Positions 39,122 through 50,676 of a stretch of DNA of 64,000 bases are shown here, piece by piece. Position 1 is the first letter of the stretch; each line of letters begins with the position of its first letter. The notes beneath the pieces are model-generated. The model searched no databases. It saw only the letters and a list, made by a program, of their open reading frames with translations, and was not told where the DNA came from. Made by a program: the position numbers and the translations under genes. Source of the DNA: Camelus dromedarius (taxonomy: Eukaryota). Location of the stretch: assembly GCF_036321535.1 (NCBI RefSeq), contig NC_087447.1, forward strand, positions 13,020,001 to 13,084,000, given 5' to 3'.

Positions 39122-40687
39122 TACAATGTTTTCACCTTAAAGTATTTATTTTGAGATTCTGAGAGTGAAATGGCAGGTGTTTTGACACAGATTCTTATAG
39201 TCTCACCAATAGACTTTCTAGATACTTTCCATTACTTATTTTTGTGTGCCCAAACTGAGTAGGGGGGTCAGTGATTTTCTTTTTTAATCTTAATCTTTTC
39301 TCAAAACTAAGGAGGAGTAGCTATAGCTTCGTTTTGCTGTTTGGCACAGAAGGCCTGTGCACGTGTCCGCTCACCCTGTGCTTGTTCCATCACAACACTC
39401 AGAACTGCACAAGTAAGAAATAAATAAATCAGAATAAATTAAAAGCAAAACATCATGCCCCGAACTCCAGGTTCCATAAGTGCGAGGCCCCTGCTTATCT
39501 TGTTCACTAGTATTTCTCATTTGTTGTTTAAAATGCTTGACGTCAGTATGCCATTCAGAGATACTTAGTGAATAAATCTACAAGCCCCTTGCGAACTGAT
39601 GCAAAAGGAAACATTGTCTATTTTTGAAATAAAATAATTCCCTTTATCCTATTTTATCCCAGAACATCCATCCTAGAGAAAATCCCTCTATGATTCTGTC
39701 TTTTGGCTTAGGCTGAATAAATACCAGCGGCAGGGATCGTTGGATGTAGGGAGCTTCTTGGATCCTCTGTTTCTCATCATTCTGCCCAAGTTACATCAGC
39801 AGGCAACCCCAGGATCAGCAGCTCAGCATTTAGATTGCACCTCACAGTCTTCGCATCAGCCTGTGGAAGTTCCTTTTCGCCCTCACTCCAGAGAACAGAT
39901 ACGGTGCTGCTGACACCAGCCCAGAAGCTGCACGAATGACAGTTGGAGGTTATGTACCTAGACCTTCTCTAAAAGCCACTAGAAATGAAGATTCCATCTT
40001 CTTTGGTGTGTTAAAAGCACTGTACTTATTAAAATTAAAAAAAAAAATGAAATGCACAACTGATACACTTTGAGTTGTATAGGAATAGTTATTAACAAAA
40101 ATATATATTCAAAGGGAAAAAGAAGTCATATTTACATTCATATTCTGTTTGTGAATAATTGTATTCACTCTCTGTGTATCTGTCAAATAAATGGGAACTG
40201 TATTCTAAACAATTTTAATAGTGGTCATTTCCTAGTAGCTGGATATCAAGTAACTTTCACTTTACGTAATTAACTCACGTTAATTGCTTATGCTGTTCTC
40301 ACTGTAATAAATTAGTGATTAGTCCATTTCTGACAAACATAGCACTAGATCAGGTTGTCAAAACTACACTTTTTATTTTATGTTGTGCAAGAAAGGAACA
40401 TGGAGGCAGTTTTTTCTGGTTCCAGGAGGACAGCAAAATGAGTTATACATGGATTTCAGTGTTGCTTCTTAATTATATATATGCCTTTAGACATAAAATG
40501 TGCTGAATATTATGTACTTCAAAACATTATGAAAATGAAACAACACATTAAAACATGCAATTTTTAGCATGAGAAGAAATCCTGTCTTTCTGTTAACTCT
40601 CAGGTGATGTTTCTGAATAAACAGAAAAGTATCTGGAGTCCTCAAGAGAATAAACTGGTGACACAGGAAAATGGGACACAGAAGAAT

Positions 40688-40800
40688 GTCCACATTCCAG
40701 GTCCCAGGAGAGTCCCTGGGATGCAGCCTAACAAGTGAGGGTCCTTGGCTTCATTCAGGAAATAATTCAGAGCAAGCCATAGTTGAGTAAAAGTAGATTA
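40688..40800 (-). mobile_element. Short ERV LTR fragment
   Basis: gggtccttggcttcattcaggaaataattcagagcaagccatag is typical of an ERV1 LTR U5 read in antisense. Confidence 0.4.
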
Positions 40801-41211
40801 TGTGGCTGGAGAAAGAAAATCACACATGCTTAATGGAAAAAAAAAGAGCATTTAGCATAGCAATTGAAAAATTGTTATATTTCTAAGTGAGAAAGGGAAG
40901 GAGATTTGTTTCAGAAACAAAAGAACAGGATAAAAATCATTAAGGATAAACAATAATTAAATACAATAATTTTTATTTAATAAATGCATTAATTTCAAAA
41001 AATTTATGGTAGAAATAATAACAGGTGAAATTATTAAGTGGAGGGGCCATCTGAGTTTCGTTCGATGTCTGATTTGAGTGGAGGAAGAGGGTGTAGACTA
41101 TGGGTAACAATGAATCGTGCTTTACACAGCATTTTCCCTTCCTGATGTTAATCAATTTGGTGCAAGTGTGAAGAATTGAAAGTTCAGCCTTTGCCGGAGT
41201 TGTTACAACAG

Positions 41212-41390
41212 TCCCAGGGGAAAATACCAAACTAGAAATCTAATTAATCACGTTTGCGTAACACAGAAGTGTGAGATCAGAGGCTTTAGAAATTTAAGTC
41301 CCAAATGTCACTACATAAACATAAAATGTGATCTGTCTAAACCCATCTACGGGAGCCAAGAACAGAAACCCCTGATCATCACAGGTAGGT
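41212..41390 (+). promoter_or_regulatory. OR promoter module and first non-coding exon of gene 4
   Basis: Perfect EBF site TCCCAGGGGA 41212-41221, TAATTA 41241-41246, donor CAG|GTAGGT at 41385. Confidence 0.65.
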
Positions 41391-42645
41391 TTCTGAGCTG
41401 TCAAATGTAAAGAGTGAAAAATAAGGAATCAAATATTTAGAAAATTGCAAGTGAAGATTTTATTGACTTCCTTTGGTTAGTCATCTGCAACCTAGTGGCA
41501 AAAATTACATTTCTCATCAAAGCAGGGTAAGTCAGATTCATTCTGACTAGCAAATGAACAGTTTTGCTTACTTATATCTTAATCAAATTTAAGGAAAAAA
41601 TAGGATTTTTAAAATCTCTGTGAAAGGGTATATGCAAATATAAGACTTTTTTTTCTAATTTTTTAACCAGTAAAAATTGATGTATCACAATACAAATAAA
41701 AATTTGTGTAAATTCAAACCCATATGAACCATGTATCATATTTACTGAGGTCTAATACAAAATCAGACCATCGTTCATATTCCAATTCTTATATATTGAC
41801 AGAGAGTCATGGTGCACATCCACACACACATGCGCACACACGCAGAAGCTTATATCAAAGATGTGTTCATTACTCCAGTTCCCCTCTCTGTGTTTTTAAT
41901 GAACAAGTCAGGTTAAAATCCTAAAGGGCTGTAAATGCATTGGTTAAATTCTGTTGTTTCCACTTGTTTTTAGCATTTCTTTTTATCTGGTCAAGAGACA
42001 TGTCCTTTGGCACCAGAGCACTCTTGAATGTAAGTAATGATCATTTGGCCATGCAGTAAAATAGTAGTAGAGAAAATTTCACTAAAATATAGCTAATGTC
42101 TCAGTAAAACATTAAAACGTAGACCAAAAACAGTAATACCATATTGTTCATTATTTTTAAACCAGAGATAAGTTCATTGTGTTTTTAATATACAGTAATA
42201 AATAAATTATGATTCTTAAGAATTGAGTAAGGATATGAATTTTTATGTTTAATTGGGGATATATATTTTTAAAATATGAGGCTGAATATTCCAGCTTTGT
42301 CTTTAATTTAGGTATTACTTTTATATTATATTTGACCTGTAATGAGCTTTCAGTTATGATTCATGGCTGAGATAAAGCAGTGACGTTTCACACAATCCAC
42401 ACACATCATGGATGACATTCAAATTTAGAGGCAAGCATTCTCAAAATCCTATCCCAGACACTAACTCTTTCCAGTAAATAGCAATGAAATTTGTACGGGC
42501 AATTTTCTGAGAATAAAGTATTTAATGTACTGAAATAAATTATATCTGACTTACAGATTATATTTTGTGTCAAAAAGAGAAAAAACTTGGATCTATCATT
42601 TTCTTGATCATTTCTGGAGCATTTTTAGAAGGAAAATAAAGAAGA

Positions 42646-43581
42646 ATGGATGGGGGAAATTGCTCTCCCTTGAATGAATTCCTTCTCTTAGGAATTAGCA
42701 ATCGCCCTGTGATCAAAGTGACTCTATTTACCACCTTTCTACTTGTTTATCTCATTGTTCTTGTTGCAAATCTTGGGATGATCATTTTAATAAGAATGGA
42801 CTCCCAGCTTCACGTGCCAATGTACTTTTTCCTCAGCCACCTCTCCTTCAGTGACCTCTGCTATTCCACAGCAATTGGACCCAAGATGCTGGTGGACCTA
42901 TTTGCCAAGAACAAATCCATCCCCTTCCTTGGCTGTGCTCTGCAGTTCTTGGTCTCCTGTACCTTTGCAGATTCTGGGTGTCTCCTGCTGGCAGTGATGG
43001 CCTATGACCGGTACAAGGCCATCAGCAACCCCCTGCTCTACACAGTCAGCATGTCCAGCAGAGTGTGCTCCCTGCTCGTGGCGGGGCCGTACCTGGTGGG
43101 GATTATGGATGCTTCTATAAATACAATATTAATGTTCCGCTTATGTTTCTGTGGGTCCAATGAGATTAACCACTTCTTCTGCGATGTCCCACCTCTGCTT
43201 TTGCTCTCTTGCTCAGACACACAGGTTAATGAGTTGGTGATATTTATCATTTTCGGTTGCATTGAACTGATCACCCTCTCAGGTCTTTCTGTGTCTTATT
43301 GTTATATCATCCTAGCAGTGCTGAGGATGCGCTCAGCTGAGGGGAGGCGCAAAGCTTTCTGCACCTGCACCTCCCACCTAACTGCTGTGGCCATTTTCCA
43401 GGGGACTCTGCTCTTCATGTATTTCCAGCCGAGCTCTTCCTACTCTTTGGATCAAGACAAAATGACCTCACTCTTTTACACCCTTGTGATTCCCATGTTA
43501 AACCCTCTGATTTACAGCCTACAGAACAAGGATGTGAAAGAGGCTTTGAAGAAACTTAAAAATAAAAAGTGGTTCCATTGA
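42646..43581 (+). CDS. OR5W2: Olfactory receptor OR5W2-like, gene 4 (mosaic), 311 aa, intact
   Basis: OR motifs are present. The N-terminus and TM4-TM5 are diverged from genes 1-3, but two tracts are near-identical to gene 3. Confidence 0.92.
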   Translation: MDGGNCSPLNEFLLLGISNRPVIKVTLFTTFLLVYLIVLVANLGMIILIRMDSQLHVPMYFFLSHLSFSDLCYSTAIGPKMLVDLFAKNKSIPFLGCALQFLVSCTFADSGCLLLAVMAYDRYKAISNPLLYTVSMSSRVCSLLVAGPYLVGIMDASINTILMFRLCFCGSNEINHFFCDVPPLLLLSCSDTQVNELVIFIIFGCIELITLSGLSVSYCYIILAVLRMRSAEGRRKAFCTCTSHLTAVAIFQGTLLFMYFQPSSSYSLDQDKMTSLFYTLVIPMLNPLIYSLQNKDVKEALKKLKNKKWFH

Positions 43582-43978
43582 AAATTTATATGTATATGTT
43601 TTTCCCCCAGTCTTACACTGTAATTCACGGAAATCAAAACTGCTTCCACTACCGTGGTGTGATCTAGTAACTAGGCCCTGTTCCAGCCATGTCAAAATGT
43701 GTCATTCCCGAGAGGCCATGTGCTTCATTTTATGTCTTAATTTATAGTTGATACTCATTATTTATGGAAATGTTTTGGAGTCTTGGTTTCCCAAAATTGT
43801 TTTTCTTCAATTTTCATATGTGCATTCATTAATTTTTCTGAAAGTAATTGAGTACTTTCTAAGGTCTTGTTGCACTTCTATGTGCTCTGTATTTCATGGG
43901 GAGTCCATCTGTTTTTATACTAATTAACCTTGTTATCCAACAGAAGTGACAAATATTAATTATTCTAGCGGTATAGCC

Positions 43979-44259
43979 TGTGGCAGACTGGAAACATCAG
44001 AGTAGGCCAGACCAAAAAAACTTACAAAACTGTCTTAGGCTGTGCACAAAACATTAAAAAAAAAACAAAAAAAAACACCAAAACTCAGTCTTCCTTCCCC
44101 AGCACTGACTGAGTCAATAGGACAGTGAAGACAGAGTGAGAATTCTGGCTGAACAACCACCAGCTGGGCCTTTCACAGAGATTCCCGGCAGGAAATCCAC
44201 CCACCCACAGAGGGGCTGAAAGAAATCTAGGCATTATGATTTGGCCATTGTCTAAAACA
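43979..44259 (-). mobile_element. Possible LTR fragment
   Basis: TGT...ACA termini; family not recognised; no TSD found. Confidence 0.3.
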
Positions 44260-44269
44260 TCAGTTTTAG

Positions 44270-44952
44270 ATTCCACACATAAGTGATATCATGTGATATT
44301 TGTCTTTCTCTGTCTGACTTATTTCACTTGGAATGATAATCTCTAGATCCATCCATGTTGCTACAAATGCCTTTATTTCATTGCTTTTTATGGCTGAGTA
44401 ATATTCCCATATATGCCACATCCTCTTTATCCAGTCATCTGTCGATGGACATTTAGGCTGCTTCTATGTGTTGGCTATTGTAAATAGTGCTGCTAAGAAC
44501 ATTGAGATGCATGTGTCTTTTCAAGTCAGAATTTTCTCCAGCTATATGTCCAGGGGTGGGATTGCTGGCTCATATGGTAAGTCTCTTTTCAGTTTCTTAA
44601 GGACACTCTATACTATTCTCCATAGTGGCTGCACCAGTTCACGCTCCAGCCACCAGCAGTGTAGGAGGGCTCCCTTCTCACCACACCCTCTCCAGAATTT
44701 AGTATTATTTGTAGGCTTTTGAATGATGGCCATTCTGACTGGTGCGAGGTGGTGCCTCATTGTGGTTTTGACTTGCATTTCTCCAATAGTTAATGATGTG
44801 GAGCATCCTTCATGTGCCTATTAGCCATCTGTGTGTCTTCTCTGGAGAAATGTCTTTTTAGACTTTCTGCCCATTTTTTGACTGAGCTGTTTGTTGTTTG
44901 TTTTTTTGTTTGTTTTGTTCTGATATTGAGCTGTCTGAGCTGTCTGTACATT
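44270..44952 (-). mobile_element. LINE-1 ORF2 C-terminus/3'UTR fragment
   Basis: ttttagattccacacataagtgatatc...ggattgctggctcatatggtaag...ttggagaaatgtc; well-preserved L1. Confidence 0.9.
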
Positions 44953-45629
44953 TATTAGTGAACTCTATAATATAGTGGAAATAAGAAACATTAGTTAACT
45001 AATCTTACTAATAATTATAATAAACTAAATCACCAAAACAAAAAAGCAGGATACTCTCAATGGACGCAAAAGGTCTCCATTTAGAGTGCAGAGAAGAAAA
45101 GATTCTTTGGAATTCAGCTTCAGATCTAAATGATGAATAGAGATGCAATGGATGGTGAGGAGAAGAAGGGGTTCTAGATAAAGAGGGTGTAAACTAGAGA
45201 TCGGAGGGCAATCCCATCATAGAGGACACGAAGTCCAAGATGAGGAGAAAAGAGCAAACTGGAGGCACCTGATGAAGTACGTCTTGGTCTAAAACTCTCA
45301 CTGTCACTTCCATTCTGCTCTCCTTCCCTTCTTTCTCCTTCTCAGTCCTGATTAAATGTCCCTTATTGTGAATTACACATAATACTCTCCTCACAGCATT
45401 ATTTTATCTCTCACTCAGTTGATTAAACCATTGCTTCAGTGTGAGACTTGGCACATTCTTTGCTCAAGGACTGAGTGTTCATATTTCTGTCATCCCAGTA
45501 CCTACGTCATGTCTGGGATGCAAATGGGAAAAAATAAGTAAATAATAAAAATCAACATACCAAATAACATTTTTGAATACACAACAGATGTCACTGAAAC
45601 CATAATTAAATGAACTTATGACACGTGCC

Positions 45630-45675
45630 TGTATGTACATATATATACATATGTGTGTGTGTGTGTGTGTATATA
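45630..45675. repeat. (TA)/(TG) compound microsatellite
   Basis: atatatatacatatgtgtgtgtgtgtgtgtgtatatac. Confidence 0.9.
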
Positions 45676-48600
45676 CTTAATAGTTAATAGAAAGTACACA
45701 CAAGGGTTGTAGATAGTAAGGTAATGCATCTATAAAGATATTTATGTTTATTACTCATAAAGTGAAAATTATCCATCTGCATACTTTCTTGATGTGCTCT
45801 GCTTCATCTGGCTTTGTCAGGTTTTTTCTGATGACAAAGCATGTAAACACGGACATGGACGTATAAATGAAGGACCGTGCAAGACTCAGTGACATCCTTA
45901 TTACCCATTAGAATTTCACCTCTTTAGTGATTTTAAACACCCTGTGTGAAATCGTGTCAGAATGGATGTAAAACCCAAGACACTTCTTGCTACTGATGTT
46001 GGCATTTATGGGAAACAAGTGACAATTAGGGGTAAATACAGGGTTGGGAAAAATTATGGGGAATACCTCTTTTAAAAATATGCTAAGATTTTCCATCTGC
46101 ATCATCTTTCATCAGTTTACCCATAGTCTTGTTAATATTTCTTAATAGCTCAGTATGGCAGAAAAAAGAGTTTGAAATATATTAAAGTCCAAAAAATCAT
46201 ACAACTTTCATGGAATATTTAATTAAGTTATTATTCCTTATGTTAGGGAAAAATGCCTAGCTTAGAGAACAGAGATGTTTTTAGCAACTCACAGGTGCTC
46301 CTTTTCTTGTTTCCTGCAACAGGAAGACACGGTAAACCTAGTTTTCCTTGGCAGCATTAACGTGCACTGAACGTGTATGACAACAGCTCATGCCTCAGGG
46401 CCACACAGCCATTTTCTAGAAGAAGGCATTCCTAAGTACAGCTGCCTCGGTGGTATCATATTTACATGAACCAGTGCTACCAGGAAGTCCATACACATAG
46501 AGATTTTTTTTCACTTGTTTTTCTCTAACATCTTAAAACCCACCTTACGTCTCCCTTTCATAGTTAAAGCCATTCTCATTAACACGCAAACGTTTTGGGA
46601 AGCAATTTACTATCCAATGTTCAGTAATATACTGCTCCTCATTTTCTGGATTTGATGGGGGTGGGAGTTAGACTAAATGGCCCCGAGGGGCATCCATGCT
46701 TATGAAGTTACGTTTGGATCCGAACCAAATAGTGTAGCTTGAGGAAGTTCGGCATCCCTGGAGACGGGGACACATCTGAAGGAAAAGTGAGTCAGGAAAG
46801 GAATCAGAGGATGGGGACCAAGGGTATCACTGCCTCCTTCAAATATGCCGTGGAAGTAGAGAATGGAAGTAAAACTCTTAATTACAACAAATATGTAATT
46901 TTCTTATGTGTACCTGATGGATAATTACTAGCAACTTCTTAGTGGCTTGAAAATTGCCCCAACATCTCCCTCAGGAATGCATTTGATAGTTCAGTACTGG
47001 GACCATGACTCAAAGAACAGCAACACATTATGAAAAGGCAGTAACAGTTGTCACTAAAGTCACTTCTCCCAAAATCATAAATATATTGATTTCATTGAGT
47101 TTTGCCTGAAGATTATTCTAGCTTTATAGAAAGCAAGAGGCAACTGCATAACAGCACACAACAAAAAGTCAACAAAAATAGCTTCAAAAATCTAAGTCCC
47201 TGTTTACTCTAGGCCAGGTTTCAGAAGAAACAGGAGACCACCCGGAGTACTGGAGTGCCTAAACCCAGCATGTCTTGTACATCTTACTTTTCTTGTTTGT
47301 TTGCACAAGTTTGGCATTTCTGTGACAACTAGGTGCATTAAGACTCAAGATGTATGGCTGATATGTGATTATTGCACATTTTTGGGGAAAACGTTTATCA
47401 ACTGCAGGCATTTAAGGAACACGTGGCACCTGCACTTACAAGTTTACAGCCGTGATTCACACACGTGCTAAAATATTGCTCAATAAATGGACAGGGCAGA
47501 TATTATTTCCTATACTGCCAGGTTGCACGATGACAAAGAGCCCCAATTTCCTTATTTTCTATATGATTTCTGAAACTGGGCAATGCAGCCTCCCCCTCCA
47601 TACGTCATTCTTCACACCAAGGCTAACTGTGTGCAAGTGTCCAGGTGACATAAATGAAACAGATCACCTCCCGATGAGACTCCCTTCCTCTTGGCTCCCC
47701 TCTGCCATCCGTCGCGTTGGGACCCCACACTGGCTTAGAAATGGGACTTGGGTGGCCTCTCAGTCCTCTCAGAAGTCTAGGCATCTACAGGTTCCTGATT
47801 TTGTGTGTCTTCAGTTGTTACTTTAACATAAACATAGTCCAACATCCTATAAGAACATTTAAGGGAGTTATCTTTTAAGACAAATTTGTTTCAATAAAGT
47901 CAGTAAAGCTTAATGTCTAGGAGACCCTGGAATTTTACTTATCATCTGTGGGTCTCAATTTCTATCTCAAAAACAAGATCATTAGAGACAATTCAGGACA
48001 TCTATGATTATATACATATATATAACACATGATAGCATGTGGTCATAATTTGATAAACATCGTATTGTATGAAACATCATACGGTGAAAAGGCCAAAATT
48101 GCATTTGTTTAGGTAAATCTCTTTTCTTTTAAAGGTCATTTATGGAATTTATTTTAAAGATATGATAAATTATGTAAGTATAATTTTACTCACATCAGCA
48201 TTTTATGATACGAAGTATTGCATATAAACCAATGGCCTTTGGCGGGTATGCTTAATACTTATTTATATGCACAAAGCATATTTATTCTGACATCATTTTG
48301 TTTAAAAATTAAAAATGCAAAAATATAGATAACAGAATATGGTTACTCATAGGCATTGTGATTCAGGACTTTTTTTTTTTTTTTTGCTCTATTTACAAAA
48401 ATCTTTTCTTTGTGAATATGCTTAATAGGAAAGAGTTTGTATATGTGGGACTCTGTCCGTGTGTTAAAGTGAGTGGGTGTGGCTTTTTGTTGTTGTTGTA
48501 AATTATAGAATTAAAAACAAAGTGCCTATATGTAGTTTGGTGAAGGGACGTAAGGAATGCTGGTTTACTGGAGACACTTTACTATTGCTAAATACGTAGA

Positions 48601-48727
48601 CTATTGGGCAAAAAAACAGAGAGAAACAAAATACAAGAAAAAAAAAGTAAAGGACTATTTTCATTCTCAATCACCTTACGTGCATGAGTATCAGATGATA
48701 AACCACATTATTATTTTTGTCACTTAT

Positions 48728-48783
48728 TCCTGAGAGACAAAGTTTTCAACTCCGGGGGACCAGATGCAGAGAGGGTTATAAAA
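48728..48783 (+). promoter_or_regulatory. Candidate promoter of OR copy B
   Basis: TCCTGAGAGA 48728-48737, TCCGGGGGA at 48751, TATAAAA 48777-48783. Confidence 0.45.
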
Positions 48784-50345
48784 CCCAGGTCAGTCCGGAG
48801 ACGAGGCCAGATCCTCCTGCAGATGGAACCACGTGTAACAGACACGGTCTGGACTGGGAACTGGTATCTCTGGCTGTTTCTCTGATTTGTAATTTAGATG
48901 CCATTAGTTCTTTTATCCTTTTTTTCAGCTGAAAGCATGTTGTAAAACTAAAGAGGTTGTGAAACATTATACAAACCTTTATTTTAATTATATTCGTTAA
49001 TCTGTTTATTTAAATACACACCTATATAGGTAACAAGGAATATAGTGAAATGCACGTGTGGATTGTAGAGGTGGTTGGCATTTTTACTGTTTGAAATCTT
49101 TTACCTGTATTTCTATATAGTTCGTAAAATGTTTTCATTTTTACAGGAATTTTTTTCAATTATGTGTTTACAGGGACAGATATTTAAAAGAGGTTAAGCC
49201 AAGGGTGTGGAGAGCTGCACGTTGGTCACTGGACTGTTATTCAGATTTTCATTTCCAGTCCCTCAGCTACCTTCTCTTCCCACAGAGCAGAGGAGGTCAC
49301 GTACGATACAATATATGATACGCTTGCTTTGGATTAAAATATAAGAGTGGGTCCCAGAATCCAAATGACCTCCCAAGAACCACCCGTTCTTTTAAATTAA
49401 AAGGAGGCAGATTTCAGAGATACCAAGGCGAAATTGGGTTTAATGAAAACAGTAAACCTATTACATTACTAGGGATTGGAACAAAAGCAAAGTCAAACAC
49501 AAAGCTTTCTGAGTTTGGGGGGCTGTGGGCTTAAGATTGCTTTTACATTGTGCTTTATACACCTGATCACGTGGATTCAGCAGATTAAGGCAGAGTGACT
49601 CACACTCCCTTTTTTTCCTCTTTCTTACCAGCATCCCCACAGTTAGGTCCCAAACGGTCTTCATAATCTCCCTGAAAACAGCAAACACCAAAGCCAGCAT
49701 GATGGGCTCTGGCACATGCCTGCCTGTGCACTCCAAAGTGTAGGCACTGTGGAGACCCTTCCACCTTACTATCCAACAACTGCCGCCCTCCGCACCCCAG
49801 TGGGTCCTGGATGACATATATCTCTATCCTATGCTGACTGAGGCTCTGTTGGTTCAGAGGGGCTCACAGGGAAGAGGGGAATGTTACATCCAGCAACCTG
49901 CCAGAGCTCTGTCTGCACAGTTTTAGATGATGAGGAGATAACAAAGGAATATATTCAATACTATGTCTCTTATGCACTTATGTTTTTCTATATACAAGAT
50001 ATAATAACATTTCTGAGAAAAACAAAACAAAACACAACTAGCATCAATCTTGTCAGAAGGCTTGGTTTATCTGGACCAACTAATAGTAAGAACTTATTTC
50101 CTTGACTCTGAGGACATCAATATCTTAATATTACATAAAAATAGGAAGAATTATCTTAAATACATTGTAGACTGGTATGGAAACAGCGGGATATTATTTA
50201 GATGAAATTGTGTTAGAAAAAAAAGTATGGTGTTAGACAAATGCATGTGACATTATGATCATTTTATCAATTTATTTTAAATTGGATGTATTTCCCAAAG
50301 AGCCAGCTAACCTCAGGCAGTCCTAGCATTATTTATCTCTTTTCT

Positions 50346-50544
50346 TTTTATTTTTAACATTTTTTATTGAGTTATAGTCATTTTACAATGTTGTATCAAA
50401 TTCCAGTGTAGAGCACAATTTTTAAGTTATACATGAACATATATATATATATATAGTCACATTTTTTCTCTGTGAGCTACCATAAGATCTTGTATATATT
50501 TCCCTGTGCTGTACAGTATAATCTTGTTTAACAAGATAATAGAC
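50346..50544 (-). mobile_element. Young camelid L1 3' end with 13-bp TSD
   Basis: TSD ttatctcttttct at 50333-50345 and 50545-50557. Confidence 0.88.
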
Positions 50545-50676
50545 TTATCTCTTTTCTAATTACAGAAATGTAGAAAGGACTAGCAGTTTCACTCTGAAGA
50601 TAGTAAGATGATGTTAACCCTCCACTCCACCGCCTCCATTTCCTCTACCCCAACTAGGGGTTCCCAGATCTGAGTC

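Larger units (their letters stand above)
33800..40600 (+). repeat. Segmental duplication, copy A (paralogous to about 46200-53300)
   Basis: Collinear upstream and downstream similarity around the two 312-aa ORs. Confidence 0.85.

Noticed and set aside
40700-40725. EBF-like sites TCCCAGGAGA and TCCCTGGGA
   Set aside because: They lie in a probable LTR fragment with no adjacent homeodomain site and no paralogous conservation.
23929-43524. R293Q shared by genes 3 and 4 as stand-alone proof of conversion
   Set aside because: CGG>CAG is a CpG transition that could recur independently, so it counts only as part of the longer identical tract.
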